From: Candidatus Latescibacterota bacterium
Lineage (GTDB): Bacteria > Latescibacterota > UBA2968 > UBA8231
Length of the DNA stretch: 64,000 nt
Assembly: GCA_965206595.1 (NCBI GenBank)
Contig: OZ242214.1
Coordinates: 3,072,001 to 3,136,000 of the forward strand
Direction: 5' to 3'
The notes below the pieces were generated by a model that saw only the letters and a list, made by a program, of their open reading frames with translations, did not search any database and was not told where the DNA came from. The position numbers were made by a program, and so were the translations under genes. This document shows positions 10,046 through 19,336 of this stretch, piece by piece; within the stretch, counting starts at the first letter, position 1; every line of letters starts with the position of its first letter.

Positions 10046-11512
10046 TTACGAACTAGAACTTTTGCAAAACTTCTTCGTAACGGCCGGAGTGAACGTGACA
10101 TATGCGGCAGCCTGCCGCACGTCGATCTTGCCGGTTACTGCAGCCGAGATGAGGGCCGTGCGGAGTTCCTTGTGGCAGTCGATGGCCTCGCGGACTTTGG
10201 CGACGAGGGCGTCGATCTTGGCGGTCTCGCGGTCGAGGAAGGCGGCGATGGCGTGTTGTTCCTCTATAGAGGGTAATGCCAATCTGACATTGCCAATTTC
10301 GTTCGTACTTACGTTGAACTGAGCAGTACCCGTTGTATATGAAAGAACTTGCTCGTAGAAAACCGTTGTCTGTAAGGCTCCAACAAGGAATCCGTCTGTG
10401 ATTCGGTCGATCACGGGCCGGAATCTAGCAACGCGTTGGTTCAGTTGCGCAGGGGTGTCACCTTTCCGGACAACAGCAAAGTTACCAAGGCTACCCGTGG
10501 AACCGATGCTTCCAGACAATCCGTAAATTATGTCATCTTCGTTAAGTGCAAACTCGTCTTTGCATTCATGTTCAGGTATTCGAACTACATTTTCAAAGTC
10601 TAATGCTCCCCGGCGGATGTTGTTCATGCGAATTATTGGGACCCCATCGTTCTGGAATGAATCAGAGGAAAAAGCAAACCCCCCTTGGACCCGAGACGCT
10701 TGCTTCAACCGAACAACCTCCCAATGCACAGGTATCGCCCCCAGCCACTCGACACCGGAGTCCTTCATCGGCACATCGGGGTCGAGGCCCTTGGTGACGG
10801 CGCGGTTGATGAGGGCAGTGCGCTTTTCCTGGAGCAGCTCGATCAGCCGCTCCTTCTTTGCCACGAGGGCGTCGATCCTGGCCGTCTCGCGGTCGAGAAA
10901 AACGGCGATGGCGCGTTGTTCCAGTAACTCCGGATAGGCTGCGACTTCATTCAGATAATTCTCACTATCTAAATTTTGTATTCCTGTATTCTGTTTTATA
11001 GAACGTGTATTTATGCGGGCGGAATACATCGCGGCGTGCACGTAGGTCAAGTATCGAGGATCGAAGCCCTCTTGCACGGGCATCTGCGCGATGAAATTTG
11101 AACAGATAGCAAGTTCGCCATAGGTGTTTATTACCACTGCCCCAACGGGTTGATTGTCCCCTCCTCCTGATTTCTCCAAAAGAAGATCGTTACGTCTAAG
11201 GCGTCGTCCACCCAAAATCATTGGGTCCACTGAACGGAGGGTAGGCTGGTTCATTTTGACTACGCCTGCCACCCGATCAAAATCCGCAACCCGGACACAT
11301 GCAACATCATTGATACCGTCAGGATCATCCCCCCACAATCCATTCTGACACTTAGTCACGGTAAATCGCAGTCTCTTCACCTCCCAGTGCTCCGGAACCT
11401 GCCCCAGCCACTCGACACCGGAGTCCTTGGAGGCCGGATAAGGCCTGTATCGTTCCCCCCCCATTCTGGGTGTACCACTGCTCTTCCCAATGTCAGCGGA
11501 TCGTTTAGTCAT
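10046..11512 (-). CDS. hsdS: Type I restriction enzyme specificity subunit
   Basis: Two KDSGVEWLG.[VI]P.HW repeats, two EQ.AIA.FLDRETA.IDALV helices, ALISAAVTGKIDVR, two AT-rich TRDs. Confidence 0.95.
   Translation of the reverse strand: MTKRSADIGKSSGTPRMGGERYRPYPASKDSGVEWLGQVPEHWEVKRLRFTVTKCQNGLWGDDPDGINDVACVRVADFDRVAGVVKMNQPTLRSVDPMILGGRRLRRNDLLLEKSGGGDNQPVGAVVINTYGELAICSNFIAQMPVQEGFDPRYLTYVHAAMYSARINTRSIKQNTGIQNLDSENYLNEVAAYPELLEQRAIAVFLDRETARIDALVAKKERLIELLQEKRTALINRAVTKGLDPDVPMKDSGVEWLGAIPVHWEVVRLKQASRVQGGFAFSSDSFQNDGVPIIRMNNIRRGALDFENVVRIPEHECKDEFALNEDDIIYGLSGSIGSTGSLGNFAVVRKGDTPAQLNQRVARFRPVIDRITDGFLVGALQTTVFYEQVLSYTTGTAQFNVSTNEIGNVRLALPSIEEQHAIAAFLDRETAKIDALVAKVREAIDCHKELRTALISAAVTGKIDVRQAAAYVTFTPAVTKKFCKSSSS
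10739..11428. repeat. hsdS conserved-region direct repeats
   Basis: Identical 27-nt CCCCAGCCACTCGACACCGGAGTCCTT at 10739-10765 and 11402-11428; a second near-identical ~60-nt pair at ~10201-10262 and ~10861-10922. Confidence 0.8.
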
Positions 11513-11542
11513 TTATTTCGACCCCTTGAAATTTGGGGGCTC

Positions 11543-12472
11543 TCATCGTCCAACTTCATTCCACCAAGGCCCACCTGCCGGCCAGGTTCCGGTGAACCCT
11601 GATCCGCGCGCCATCGCATCCCATGGCTCTCTGAGAAACGACAGTAGGCGCTCGCCTACGATACCGAAATCCGATTGCGCCCCCGGAAGCTCGTTCCTGT
11701 CCAGGTAATTACCCCACTGCTCCGCCCGCTCGGCATCCTCATAGAACCGAGGCGTCAGAGCCACCGGAACATCCCGGGAAATCACAGTACGGCGTTGGTC
11801 GAAGGTTGCGCCCACAGCGCGTTCGAGGTTCTCACCCTCGAAGGAAGAGCACTGTGCAAGCGCGTGAAGATCGTAAAAATCTTTGTAGCGACTGTTCCGT
11901 TCGCCGAGCACAACCATCGCGTGGAGCTTCTCGGCCACGACGGCTTCGCGTGGGTAAACACGGATTTGCGGATGAGGAGCGTCGAGCAGTGTCGGGTAAT
12001 CGGCGTTGGTCGGCGGAGGCTGGATGGCATTCCCGAACCCGACATCGATCCGCATCCGTATTCGCGCGCCCGAGATCCTGGCCCAGAAGAACGCTCGGAA
12101 GCCGTCATACTCTTGATGTTCCCGGAAGGGTTCGACCCCGATGTCCCCGCTGTCGAAAACAACTCCATCGTCGGCGGGAGTGTCGCAAATGTCGCGGATG
12201 GTGGAGCGCACCTCGTTTGCCAGGGGGCTTCCGTAGCCAGTGAAATCCAGATCGCGCGTCGGCCGATAGACTGCTTCGCTCCAAAGGCAAAGGAGCATCG
12301 CGCCCTTCAAGACGTAGCGCTCGCGGTGCTGCGATTCTCCAAGGCGGTAGAGGAATCGCTCCGCGGCGTAGCGCTGCAGCAGGAACTGGAAGTCCTCTCC
12401 GGTTGCGCGGCTCCGGTTCATCAACCTTGCGCGAACCGATGCTCCCATGTTTCGGCGTTTCCCGCGCGTCAT
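11543..12472 (-). CDS. abiEii: AbiEii/AbiGii nucleotidyltransferase toxin (type IV TA)
   Basis: LKGAM, RPTRDLDF, EKLHAM, NSRYKDFYD. Confidence 0.9.
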   Translation of the reverse strand: MTRGKRRNMGASVRARLMNRSRATGEDFQFLLQRYAAERFLYRLGESQHRERYVLKGAMLLCLWSEAVYRPTRDLDFTGYGSPLANEVRSTIRDICDTPADDGVVFDSGDIGVEPFREHQEYDGFRAFFWARISGARIRMRIDVGFGNAIQPPPTNADYPTLLDAPHPQIRVYPREAVVAEKLHAMVVLGERNSRYKDFYDLHALAQCSSFEGENLERAVGATFDQRRTVISRDVPVALTPRFYEDAERAEQWGNYLDRNELPGAQSDFGIVGERLLSFLREPWDAMARGSGFTGTWPAGGPWWNEVGR

Positions 12473-13074
12473 AGCGAGAGTGCTTGCAGGTAGGCACGCA
12501 TGACGGTCTGCGCACGGCAGACTTCGGCGGCGCGCACGATCTCATCCACGGTCGCAGCCCGTGATCGCAGGGCGTCGTGCAGTGCCTCGAGCGCGATGTC
12601 GAGACCGAGCTTGTGGCGGTAGCGAAAACAGTCCACCACGGTGCGGGCCGGCGAGGTGATGCGAAACGGCACCCCCTGCGCCGAATGGGAGGCAACGCCG
12701 TAGGTGAGCATCGCACCGGAGAAACGGACGATGCGCACACGCGAGGGTGGGTGCGCCGGCTTGCGGGCCTTGCGGTCGAGGGCGATCCAGACCTCGTGCG
12801 GCGACTGCGTGCCGATTTCGTGGAAGCGAAGCGCCGTCAGCAGGCAGATGACCGCGTTCGGGATGGCCGCGGCTACCATCGCGATCGTCTCGACCTCCGT
12901 GGGTTCGACCTCGGAGAGTCGGTATAGGCCGTTTCCCTGGTTCTCGACGAGTCCCCTGGTAACCAGACCCTGAAGCCTGCGGTGGGAAACCCCGAGCGGC
13001 GCGATGTCCCGAGGCCGGAAGTAGGCTCCGAGGCCGGCTTCCTGGAGTTCGGCAGTGTCCACTATATTCGCCAT
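12469..13074 (-). CDS. abiEi: AbiEi type IV antitoxin / transcriptional regulator
   Basis: N-terminal HTH ending GLYRL; CLLTALRFHEI; TSPARTVVDCF; ATGA overlap with abiEii. Confidence 0.9.
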   Translation of the reverse strand: MANIVDTAELQEAGLGAYFRPRDIAPLGVSHRRLQGLVTRGLVENQGNGLYRLSEVEPTEVETIAMVAAAIPNAVICLLTALRFHEIGTQSPHEVWIALDRKARKPAHPPSRVRIVRFSGAMLTYGVASHSAQGVPFRITSPARTVVDCFRYRHKLGLDIALEALHDALRSRAATVDEIVRAAEVCRAQTVMRAYLQALSL

Positions 13075-13091
13075 ACCTACAGATGATACTG

Positions 13092-13123
13092 AATGTCGGC
13101 ACTTAATCGCAACTGCCGACATT
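13092..13123. promoter_or_regulatory. Inverted repeat upstream of abiEi (likely autoregulatory operator)
   Basis: AATGTCGGCA-N12-TGCCGACATT just upstream of the ATG at 13074; AbiEi proteins are known to bind promoter inverted repeats. Confidence 0.65.
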
Positions 13124-13157
13124 TTAGGTCATCCAGTGGGTCCGGCGGACACGCCCT

Positions 13158-13754
13158 TCATAGCCTCCTCAATCGGTTCAGGAGATCCTTGGCATGCGGA
13201 CACGAGGATTCGACGAGTGTTGGATCGATTTGCGCAAGCAATCCGAATGAAGCCTTGCCCTTGGCATAAGGTTTTGGGCATTGGGCGGTGGCCCTGTCCA
13301 GCGCGGCGAGAACCGTCTCCCTGGACAGGTCTTCCAACTTTGGCCATTGCCTGAGCGCGTTCTCCGCAACCAACGGACCGAAGTAGCGTCGCAGTGCATC
13401 ATGGTCCGCCAGAAACCAGGTTTCCATGACCTGAACCATCAGGAAGGCCTGATCGTCGCCGGTCCCTGAAGGTCTATTCCAGCCGTCGCGTTGCTGCAGA
13501 TGCTGCCAAGCCGAGTGGCCCGCTGCGACCGGGTCTTCGCTGTCCACGAGGAGCAGTGGGATGGTACCAGGCTTCTGCCCAGCGGCATCTGTCGCAAAGC
13601 GGTTGAAGGTGTCTTGCCGTGTGCCGCCCCGAACTACTCTCGGCATGCGGCCACGCAGCCCTGCCGCTGTGAAGAAACTGGTCCAGCCCTCGCGGAATTG
13701 CGCGCCAAGCCGCCGATTATCCCCGCCCCCCTCGATGTAAAGCACGGCGGTCAC
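13158..13754 (-). CDS. DUF4276 family (TOPRIM-like) protein
   Basis: LYIEGGGD, LLVDSED, VQVMETWFLAD; GTG start overlapping the ATPase stop. Confidence 0.8.
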   Translation of the reverse strand: MTAVLYIEGGGDNRRLGAQFREGWTSFFTAAGLRGRMPRVVRGGTRQDTFNRFATDAAGQKPGTIPLLLVDSEDPVAAGHSAWQHLQQRDGWNRPSGTGDDQAFLMVQVMETWFLADHDALRRYFGPLVAENALRQWPKLEDLSRETVLAALDRATAQCPKPYAKGKASFGLLAQIDPTLVESSCPHAKDLLNRLRRL

Positions 13755-14968
13755 CAACGATTCCCTCCCAGTTGCCCGGAGCTCCAGAGATTGCCGAGGG
13801 TGTAATCCTTCAGCCACTTTGCCAGGTCCTCCTTGTCGAGCCGTCGCATTTCGGTCCGCCCCTCGTGCTTTTCGCAGATCACGACACTTTCCGGGGTGTC
13901 GGTCAGCGCATCGACCATGACATCCGAATGCGTCGTCACGATCAGTTGACTGCGCTCGGACGCTGAGCGCAGCAGCTCGACCAACGTCGGCAACAGGTCC
14001 GGGTGCAGGCCCAGTTCCGGCTCTTCGATTACGACAAGGGGCGGGGGCTCGGGGTGCAACAGGATGGCGAGCATGCAGAGGTAGCGCAGGGTGCCGTCCG
14101 AAAGGCCAGCGACCGGGATTTCACGGTTGCCACTTTCCTCCAAAAACAGGGTAACGGTACCGCCGACCACCGAGCATTTGATGTCGACGATTCCGTCGTA
14201 GAGCTTCTGCAATGCTGATATGAGCTGCCTCCTGTTCTCACCAGGAAAGTTCGACAGCACGGGCGCCAGGTTCGCCCCTCTCTCATCGAGGTAGTCAGCA
14301 GCGTCGTGAGCGCTCGCCGGCCGACGCAAATTCGCCGAAGGTCCGAACGACCAATCCCGGTAAAGACGAATGGCGTTGTACCGTTGGTTCAAAAACCAAA
14401 GGGCTGGGTAGTCCTTGGGATTGGCGACGGATACCAACGAGACTTTGGGTAAATAATCACTCCTGAAGTGGATACCGTCGTCCTCACGTAAATGCGCCAA
14501 AAGGCTACCTGCGGAGTTCGGGTCAGTTGGATTTGGAGATTTCTCACGCAGAAATGACTCGGTACGAGCCTCTCGAGGGGGCCGGAAATAAACCCAAGCG
14601 GCACGCTTATCCTCGCACTCCCCAACTGGCTGGACCTGCTCGGAAATAACTTCCGGGCGACCGTTCACCTCCCCCAGCGAGAAGAAATGCCGCAACTCGC
14701 CGCCCCATGGATAGTGAAGCATGGCCTCCATGGTCATCGACTCCGGCGGCCTTGGCCCCTTCCATAGCGACTCTCGAAGGCCACCCCTGGGTGAGAGGGG
14801 CTCGAAGACATCTCGGGGGATCGCCTTGAGCAACGAAATCGCCTCGATGAAGTTCGACTTCCCCGAACCGTTCGGGCCGATCAGGACGTTCAGCGGTTCC
14901 ATGGGCAAGTCGATCCCGTCGGGTCCGAACGACAGAAAGCCTGCGACTTTCAATCTGTGAATCAGCAT
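13751..14968 (-). CDS. ABC-type (AAA_21) ATPase
   Basis: GPNGSGKSN, LSDGT signature, VVIEEPELGLHP, TTHS. Confidence 0.9.
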   Translation of the reverse strand: MLIHRLKVAGFLSFGPDGIDLPMEPLNVLIGPNGSGKSNFIEAISLLKAIPRDVFEPLSPRGGLRESLWKGPRPPESMTMEAMLHYPWGGELRHFFSLGEVNGRPEVISEQVQPVGECEDKRAAWVYFRPPREARTESFLREKSPNPTDPNSAGSLLAHLREDDGIHFRSDYLPKVSLVSVANPKDYPALWFLNQRYNAIRLYRDWSFGPSANLRRPASAHDAADYLDERGANLAPVLSNFPGENRRQLISALQKLYDGIVDIKCSVVGGTVTLFLEESGNREIPVAGLSDGTLRYLCMLAILLHPEPPPLVVIEEPELGLHPDLLPTLVELLRSASERSQLIVTTHSDVMVDALTDTPESVVICEKHEGRTEMRRLDKEDLAKWLKDYTLGNLWSSGQLGGNRW

Positions 14969-14998
14969 GTCGTTACCTCTTCCACGCAGCGGTCCAAA

Positions 14999-17146
14999 TT
15001 ATCCGGCCGACACGCCCTTCAGCATCTCCAGGATGTCCTTCTCGATAACCTGAATGTCCGCCTCGATCTCCGCGAGCGGCCGTGGCGGCTTGTACTGATA
15101 GAAGTAGCGGTTGAAGTTGATCTCGTAGCCGACCATGCCAACCAGGCCGTCTCTTGGGTCCCGCTTCGACGTGTCGATCCAGGCATCCGGCACATGCGGC
15201 TCGACCTCGCGCTCGAAGAAAGCGCGGACGCTTTCCGGCACCCCATCCTCTCCGGCGGGATCCTCTCCATCGGTCAGGGGCACACGCTCGGTATCACGCA
15301 GCTCCGGGTCGGGTTCAAGAGCGCCGTCCTTGCCGCGGCAGATTGCCGCGGTTTCGTCCCGCTCTGAAAGGGCATCGAGTATCGCTGTTTTGAGCGGAGC
15401 CGGAAGCTTCATGCCGGCTTTCGCGGCCGCTTTGGCAAGCTCCGCATGGAACGCCTCTCGGTCCTTGCGGAGGGTGTCGGGCAGGGTCTGGAGCATGGCC
15501 AGAACGGCGTCCTGCAGGGCGCGGCCTTCCTCCTCTTCCCTGGCGCCGGCCTCCCCGCGCTTCTTGGATCTGGCCAGGTTCTGGAAGCCCTTCTGCTCGC
15601 CGAGGCGGGCGATCCGTTCGGCGCTCGCCTGGAAATTGAGCCGCAGCGGCCGTTCGACGGTGATCTTCCGGTACCCGAACTGCGCCGCCGAGAAGACGCG
15701 GCTGACGACGGTCTCTTCCTCTTCTCCGTCCTTTGAGAGTTTCCGGGTCTCGCCGTCTCGGAAACCGGCGAGGAGGTCGAGCACATCGGCCGCGTTTTCC
15801 GGGGGTATCTGGCGCCGCTTGTCGCCGAGGCTCCGGCGCATCGGCGCCCAGAACCCGGTGGCGTCGATGAGTTGCACCTTACCCCTGCGTGCCGCGGCCT
15901 TGCGGTTGCTCAGCAGCCACACGTAGGTGGCGATGCCGGTGTTGTAGAAAAGTTGCTCCGGCAGCGCGATCAGCGCCTCCAGCAGGTCGTTCTCGAGGAT
16001 GTGGCGGCGGATCTCGCTCTCACCGCTGCCGGCGTCGCCGGTGAACAGGGGCGAGCCGTTCATGATGATGGCGATGCGGGCGCCCCCGTCGTCCGCTGCC
16101 CTGGCATGGGCGAGCATGTGCACCAGGAACAGGGTCTGGCCGTCGCTTATGCGCGGCAGCCCGGGGCCGAAACGGCCGGACGCCCCCCGCTCGTGCTCGG
16201 CCTCGACCGCAGCCTTGTCCCGCTTCCAGTCCTTGCCGTAGGGGGGATTGGCGATCAGGTAGTCGAAGGTCCGGCCGGCGTGGCGGTCGTTGGAGAGGGT
16301 GCTTCCGAAAGCCACTTTCTCCGCGTCGCGGCCCGACGGGTCCTTCATGAAGATGTCGGACTTGGAGACCGCCCAGGTCTCCGGGTTCACTTCCTGGCCG
16401 AAGAGATGGATCTCCGCCTGCGCGTTGATGGCGGGGCGAACCAGTTGGCCGTTGCTGCTCATGCCGCCGGTGATGTGCTCCTTGGCGATCATCAGCATGC
16501 CGCCCGAACCGCAGCAGGGATCGTAGACCGAGCGCACCACTCCGGGGCCGGCGATCTCCTTTTCGTCGCCGGAAAGCATGAGGTCCACCATCAGATGGAC
16601 GACGTCGCGGGGCGTGAAGTGCTCGCCGGGGTTTTCGTCCAGGGCCTCGTTGAAGCGGCGGATCAGCTCCTCGAAGATCGTCCCCATGACCGGGTTGTCG
16701 ATCGCGTCCGGATGCAGATCGACGCTCCCGAACCGCTCCAGCACCTGGAACAGCAGCCCTGCCTCGTCGAGCTTGCTTATCGTGTTGTCGAAATCGAACC
16801 GCTCCAGCACCTCGCGCATGTTTCCGCTGAAACCGGCGATGTAGTTCCTGAGGTTGGCGGCGAGGTTCGGCGCGTCGGCGAGGAGCTTGTCGAAGTCGTA
16901 GCGGGAGGTGTTGTAGAAACTGAAGCCGGATGTTCCACAGAGCTGGTCGTTGAGGTCTTCGAGGCCCCGCTCGGACAGCTCGGCCTGCCGTTGCAGCACC
17001 TTCTCCTTGGTCGGTGCGAGCACGCAGTCGAGACGGCGCAGCACGGTCAGCGGCAGGATGACATCCTGGTACTTGCCGCGCTTGAAGCTGTCGCGGATCA
17101 GGTCCGCGACCCCCCAGAGAAAGCTGACGATTTCGCTGTGGTTCAT
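14999..17146 (-). CDS. hsdM: Type I restriction-modification N6-adenine methyltransferase
   Basis: GEHFTPRDVV, YDPCCGSGGM (motif I), ANPPYG (motif IV), FYNTGI. Confidence 0.96.
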   Translation of the reverse strand: MNHSEIVSFLWGVADLIRDSFKRGKYQDVILPLTVLRRLDCVLAPTKEKVLQRQAELSERGLEDLNDQLCGTSGFSFYNTSRYDFDKLLADAPNLAANLRNYIAGFSGNMREVLERFDFDNTISKLDEAGLLFQVLERFGSVDLHPDAIDNPVMGTIFEELIRRFNEALDENPGEHFTPRDVVHLMVDLMLSGDEKEIAGPGVVRSVYDPCCGSGGMLMIAKEHITGGMSSNGQLVRPAINAQAEIHLFGQEVNPETWAVSKSDIFMKDPSGRDAEKVAFGSTLSNDRHAGRTFDYLIANPPYGKDWKRDKAAVEAEHERGASGRFGPGLPRISDGQTLFLVHMLAHARAADDGGARIAIIMNGSPLFTGDAGSGESEIRRHILENDLLEALIALPEQLFYNTGIATYVWLLSNRKAAARRGKVQLIDATGFWAPMRRSLGDKRRQIPPENAADVLDLLAGFRDGETRKLSKDGEEEETVVSRVFSAAQFGYRKITVERPLRLNFQASAERIARLGEQKGFQNLARSKKRGEAGAREEEEGRALQDAVLAMLQTLPDTLRKDREAFHAELAKAAAKAGMKLPAPLKTAILDALSERDETAAICRGKDGALEPDPELRDTERVPLTDGEDPAGEDGVPESVRAFFEREVEPHVPDAWIDTSKRDPRDGLVGMVGYEINFNRYFYQYKPPRPLAEIEADIQVIEKDILEMLKGVSAG

Positions 17147-17191
17147 AGGAACCTTCCAAGTACCGGAAATTACCAATTAGGTCAGAGTTAT

Positions 17192-18223
17192 CTATTCAAA
17201 AACCAATCCTTTTGTCCCAGCGATTGAGTCAATCGCATCCGCCATTTCTTCTGATATCGAAAAGGCAGTTTGCCTAAAGCGATGACCGGAATTACATCTT
17301 CCATTGATCTCCCATGCCTTTGGGGCTGTTTGGTCCCACAGGGTTTCGTCCGGCAGGGCCCATCGAAATTTTAATGGAACATAATATTCCTCATCCTTGT
17401 CATCACCATAATCAGTTGTCCCATATTCGGAGAGAGCAATTCCACTAGCAATAACTCCCACTCCCGTGTGATACAGATATACTCGATCATCTTTGGAAAT
17501 TGAGCCCACAGAATTTTTCCTGACATAATAGGCAGAAGCTTTACCATCCGTGCCGTCCTTCAACATATCTTTCCAAGCGTCGGGCATGTAGGTTTTGTTA
17601 GTATTTACTACATAAAAATTTGTTTTTTGCTCGAAAATCACTTCATTTTTAGGATTGTAGGTATCAAACTGGATATAGGGAATTCCATCTATATCGTAAA
17701 TACGATAAGGAGAACATTGAACCTTGACTCCCTTATCGGACCAGAATTGGATTGCGGAAATAGTATCTCCATCGACGCCATTCGTGACTAAGACAAATTT
17801 CTGGTCTTTATTGAATTCAGATTCATCCAATTCTTTAGGAAGACTGAAATAGTCACAGTGCTCTTTTTTCAAAGGACCCTTCAGTTTTTGCCGCTGGGCA
17901 TAAGCCTCAAGCTCCTTATATGTATATCTTCCAAAAATTTGACCATATCTCATCACCTGAAGGATATTTTCGTGACTAGATTCCCATCTTTTCAATTCAA
18001 AAATGTAAAGTAATCCATCTTTATCGAGCGCGAGAAGATCGGGTTCCTCTTGCCCCTGTCGTTCCTGGCCAATTAGCATGAGTTGATCTTCGGAGACAAC
18101 TTCCTCAAGGCGGGATTTCAGGAAATCTTCGATGTGTTTCTCTTTCAGATGGAGATCCGCAGGCGTTCTGATCTCGATCCTTTCACTCGATTCGATTTTT
18201 TCAGCATTAATTCTATAAAGCAT
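17192..18223 (-). CDS. PD-(D/E)XK NucS-like nuclease with putative C-terminal EVE/PUA-like domain
   Basis: E..IEDFL...IGQE....PDLLALDKDG...IFELKR; C-terminal FYVVNTN...DDRVYLYHTGVGVIASG; markedly AT-rich. Confidence 0.65.
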   Translation of the reverse strand: MLYRINAEKIESSERIEIRTPADLHLKEKHIEDFLKSRLEEVVSEDQLMLIGQERQGQEEPDLLALDKDGLLYIFELKRWESSHENILQVMRYGQIFGRYTYKELEAYAQRQKLKGPLKKEHCDYFSLPKELDESEFNKDQKFVLVTNGVDGDTISAIQFWSDKGVKVQCSPYRIYDIDGIPYIQFDTYNPKNEVIFEQKTNFYVVNTNKTYMPDAWKDMLKDGTDGKASAYYVRKNSVGSISKDDRVYLYHTGVGVIASGIALSEYGTTDYGDDKDEEYYVPLKFRWALPDETLWDQTAPKAWEINGRCNSGHRFRQTAFSISEEMADAIDSIAGTKGLVFE

Positions 18224-18249
18224 TTTTTTCTCCTAATTCGGAAAGTGCA

Positions 18250-19317
18250 TCAACTATGGTTATTTCCGAGCCGTACCTCGCGCCCGGTTCGCGCCGACTC
18301 GTACACGGAGTCCTGGATCAGCTGCAGGTTGCGGATCTCGCGCGGGGTCTGCGACGGTTCGATCCCCTCGCGGATGGCGGTGACGAACCGGGAGATCTCC
18401 CGGCCCACGCTGTCTCCCCAGGAATGGTACTGTCCCGGTTCTGCGTAGTCGGTGGGAGTGCGGTCGACGATCTCCCCGACCTCGTCCATCAGGACCGACA
18501 GCGGGTTGAAGCGGACGGTGCCGCGCTCGCAGATCATCTCGAAGCTGTAGTCGGCGTCGAGCCGGTCGTGGGCCCAGGTGCCTTCGAGAACGAAGGTGGC
18601 GCCGGTGTCGAGGCGGATGTGGGCGGCGGCGATGTCCTCTACGTCGTATTTGTCGCGGGCCTCCGCGTCCGGCGCGGTCTCTGCCCGCTTGTGCGGGAAC
18701 AGCCGGTGGGTCGAACCGGACACCGAGACCAGGCCGGGGCTTCCGGCGACCCACAGGGCCACGTCGGCGATGTGGATCGCGGTCGAGGCCAGGGCTCCGC
18801 CTCCGGCGATCTCGCTGATGTAATGCGGGCCCCACCAGGGAATGGAGGGGTAGTAGGTCCAGGCGCGGATGTAGGTGGGCTTTCCGAGCTTCCCCGACGC
18901 CACCAGCTCCCTGAGCATGCCGGATTCCAGCATGTGCCGCATGTTGGTGCCGACCTGGATCATGCGCCCGCCTTGTTCCGCGGCCGCCAGCATCCGGTCC
19001 GCTTCGGCGACGTTCATCGCGAACGGCTTCTCGCACAGCACATGCGCCCCGGCCTCCAGCGCCGCGACCGCGATCTCGCAGTGCGTCTGCGGCATGGTGA
19101 TGACGCTGACGAGGTCGAGGTCACCCGGCTCGAGCAGCTCGCGGAAATCTCCGGCGGTGCGCGCCCCCGGAAAGCGCTGCGCCGCGGCGGCGAGCGCCTC
19201 TTCCCTGATGTCGCACAGCGCCGCGACCTCGACGGTCTCAGGCATGCGGCCGTAGGCGTTGAAATGGGACTGCCCCATTTTGCCGCAGCCGATCACTCCC
19301 ACCCGCAGCTTCTCCAT
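18250..19317 (-). CDS. Gfo/Idh/MocA family oxidoreductase
   Basis: GVIGCGKMG, HVLCEKP, GGGAL...IH.AD. Confidence 0.92.
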   Translation of the reverse strand: MEKLRVGVIGCGKMGQSHFNAYGRMPETVEVAALCDIREEALAAAAQRFPGARTAGDFRELLEPGDLDLVSVITMPQTHCEIAVAALEAGAHVLCEKPFAMNVAEADRMLAAAEQGGRMIQVGTNMRHMLESGMLRELVASGKLGKPTYIRAWTYYPSIPWWGPHYISEIAGGGALASTAIHIADVALWVAGSPGLVSVSGSTHRLFPHKRAETAPDAEARDKYDVEDIAAAHIRLDTGATFVLEGTWAHDRLDADYSFEMICERGTVRFNPLSVLMDEVGEIVDRTPTDYAEPGQYHSWGDSVGREISRFVTAIREGIEPSQTPREIRNLQLIQDSVYESARTGREVRLGNNHS

Positions 19318-19336
19318 CCCGGCTCCTTTCTCTCCG

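Noticed and set aside
10201-11428. hsdS repeats as a shufflon or invertible system
   Set aside because: They are the normal direct conserved regions of HsdS; there is no inverted copy, spare TRD or recombinase nearby.
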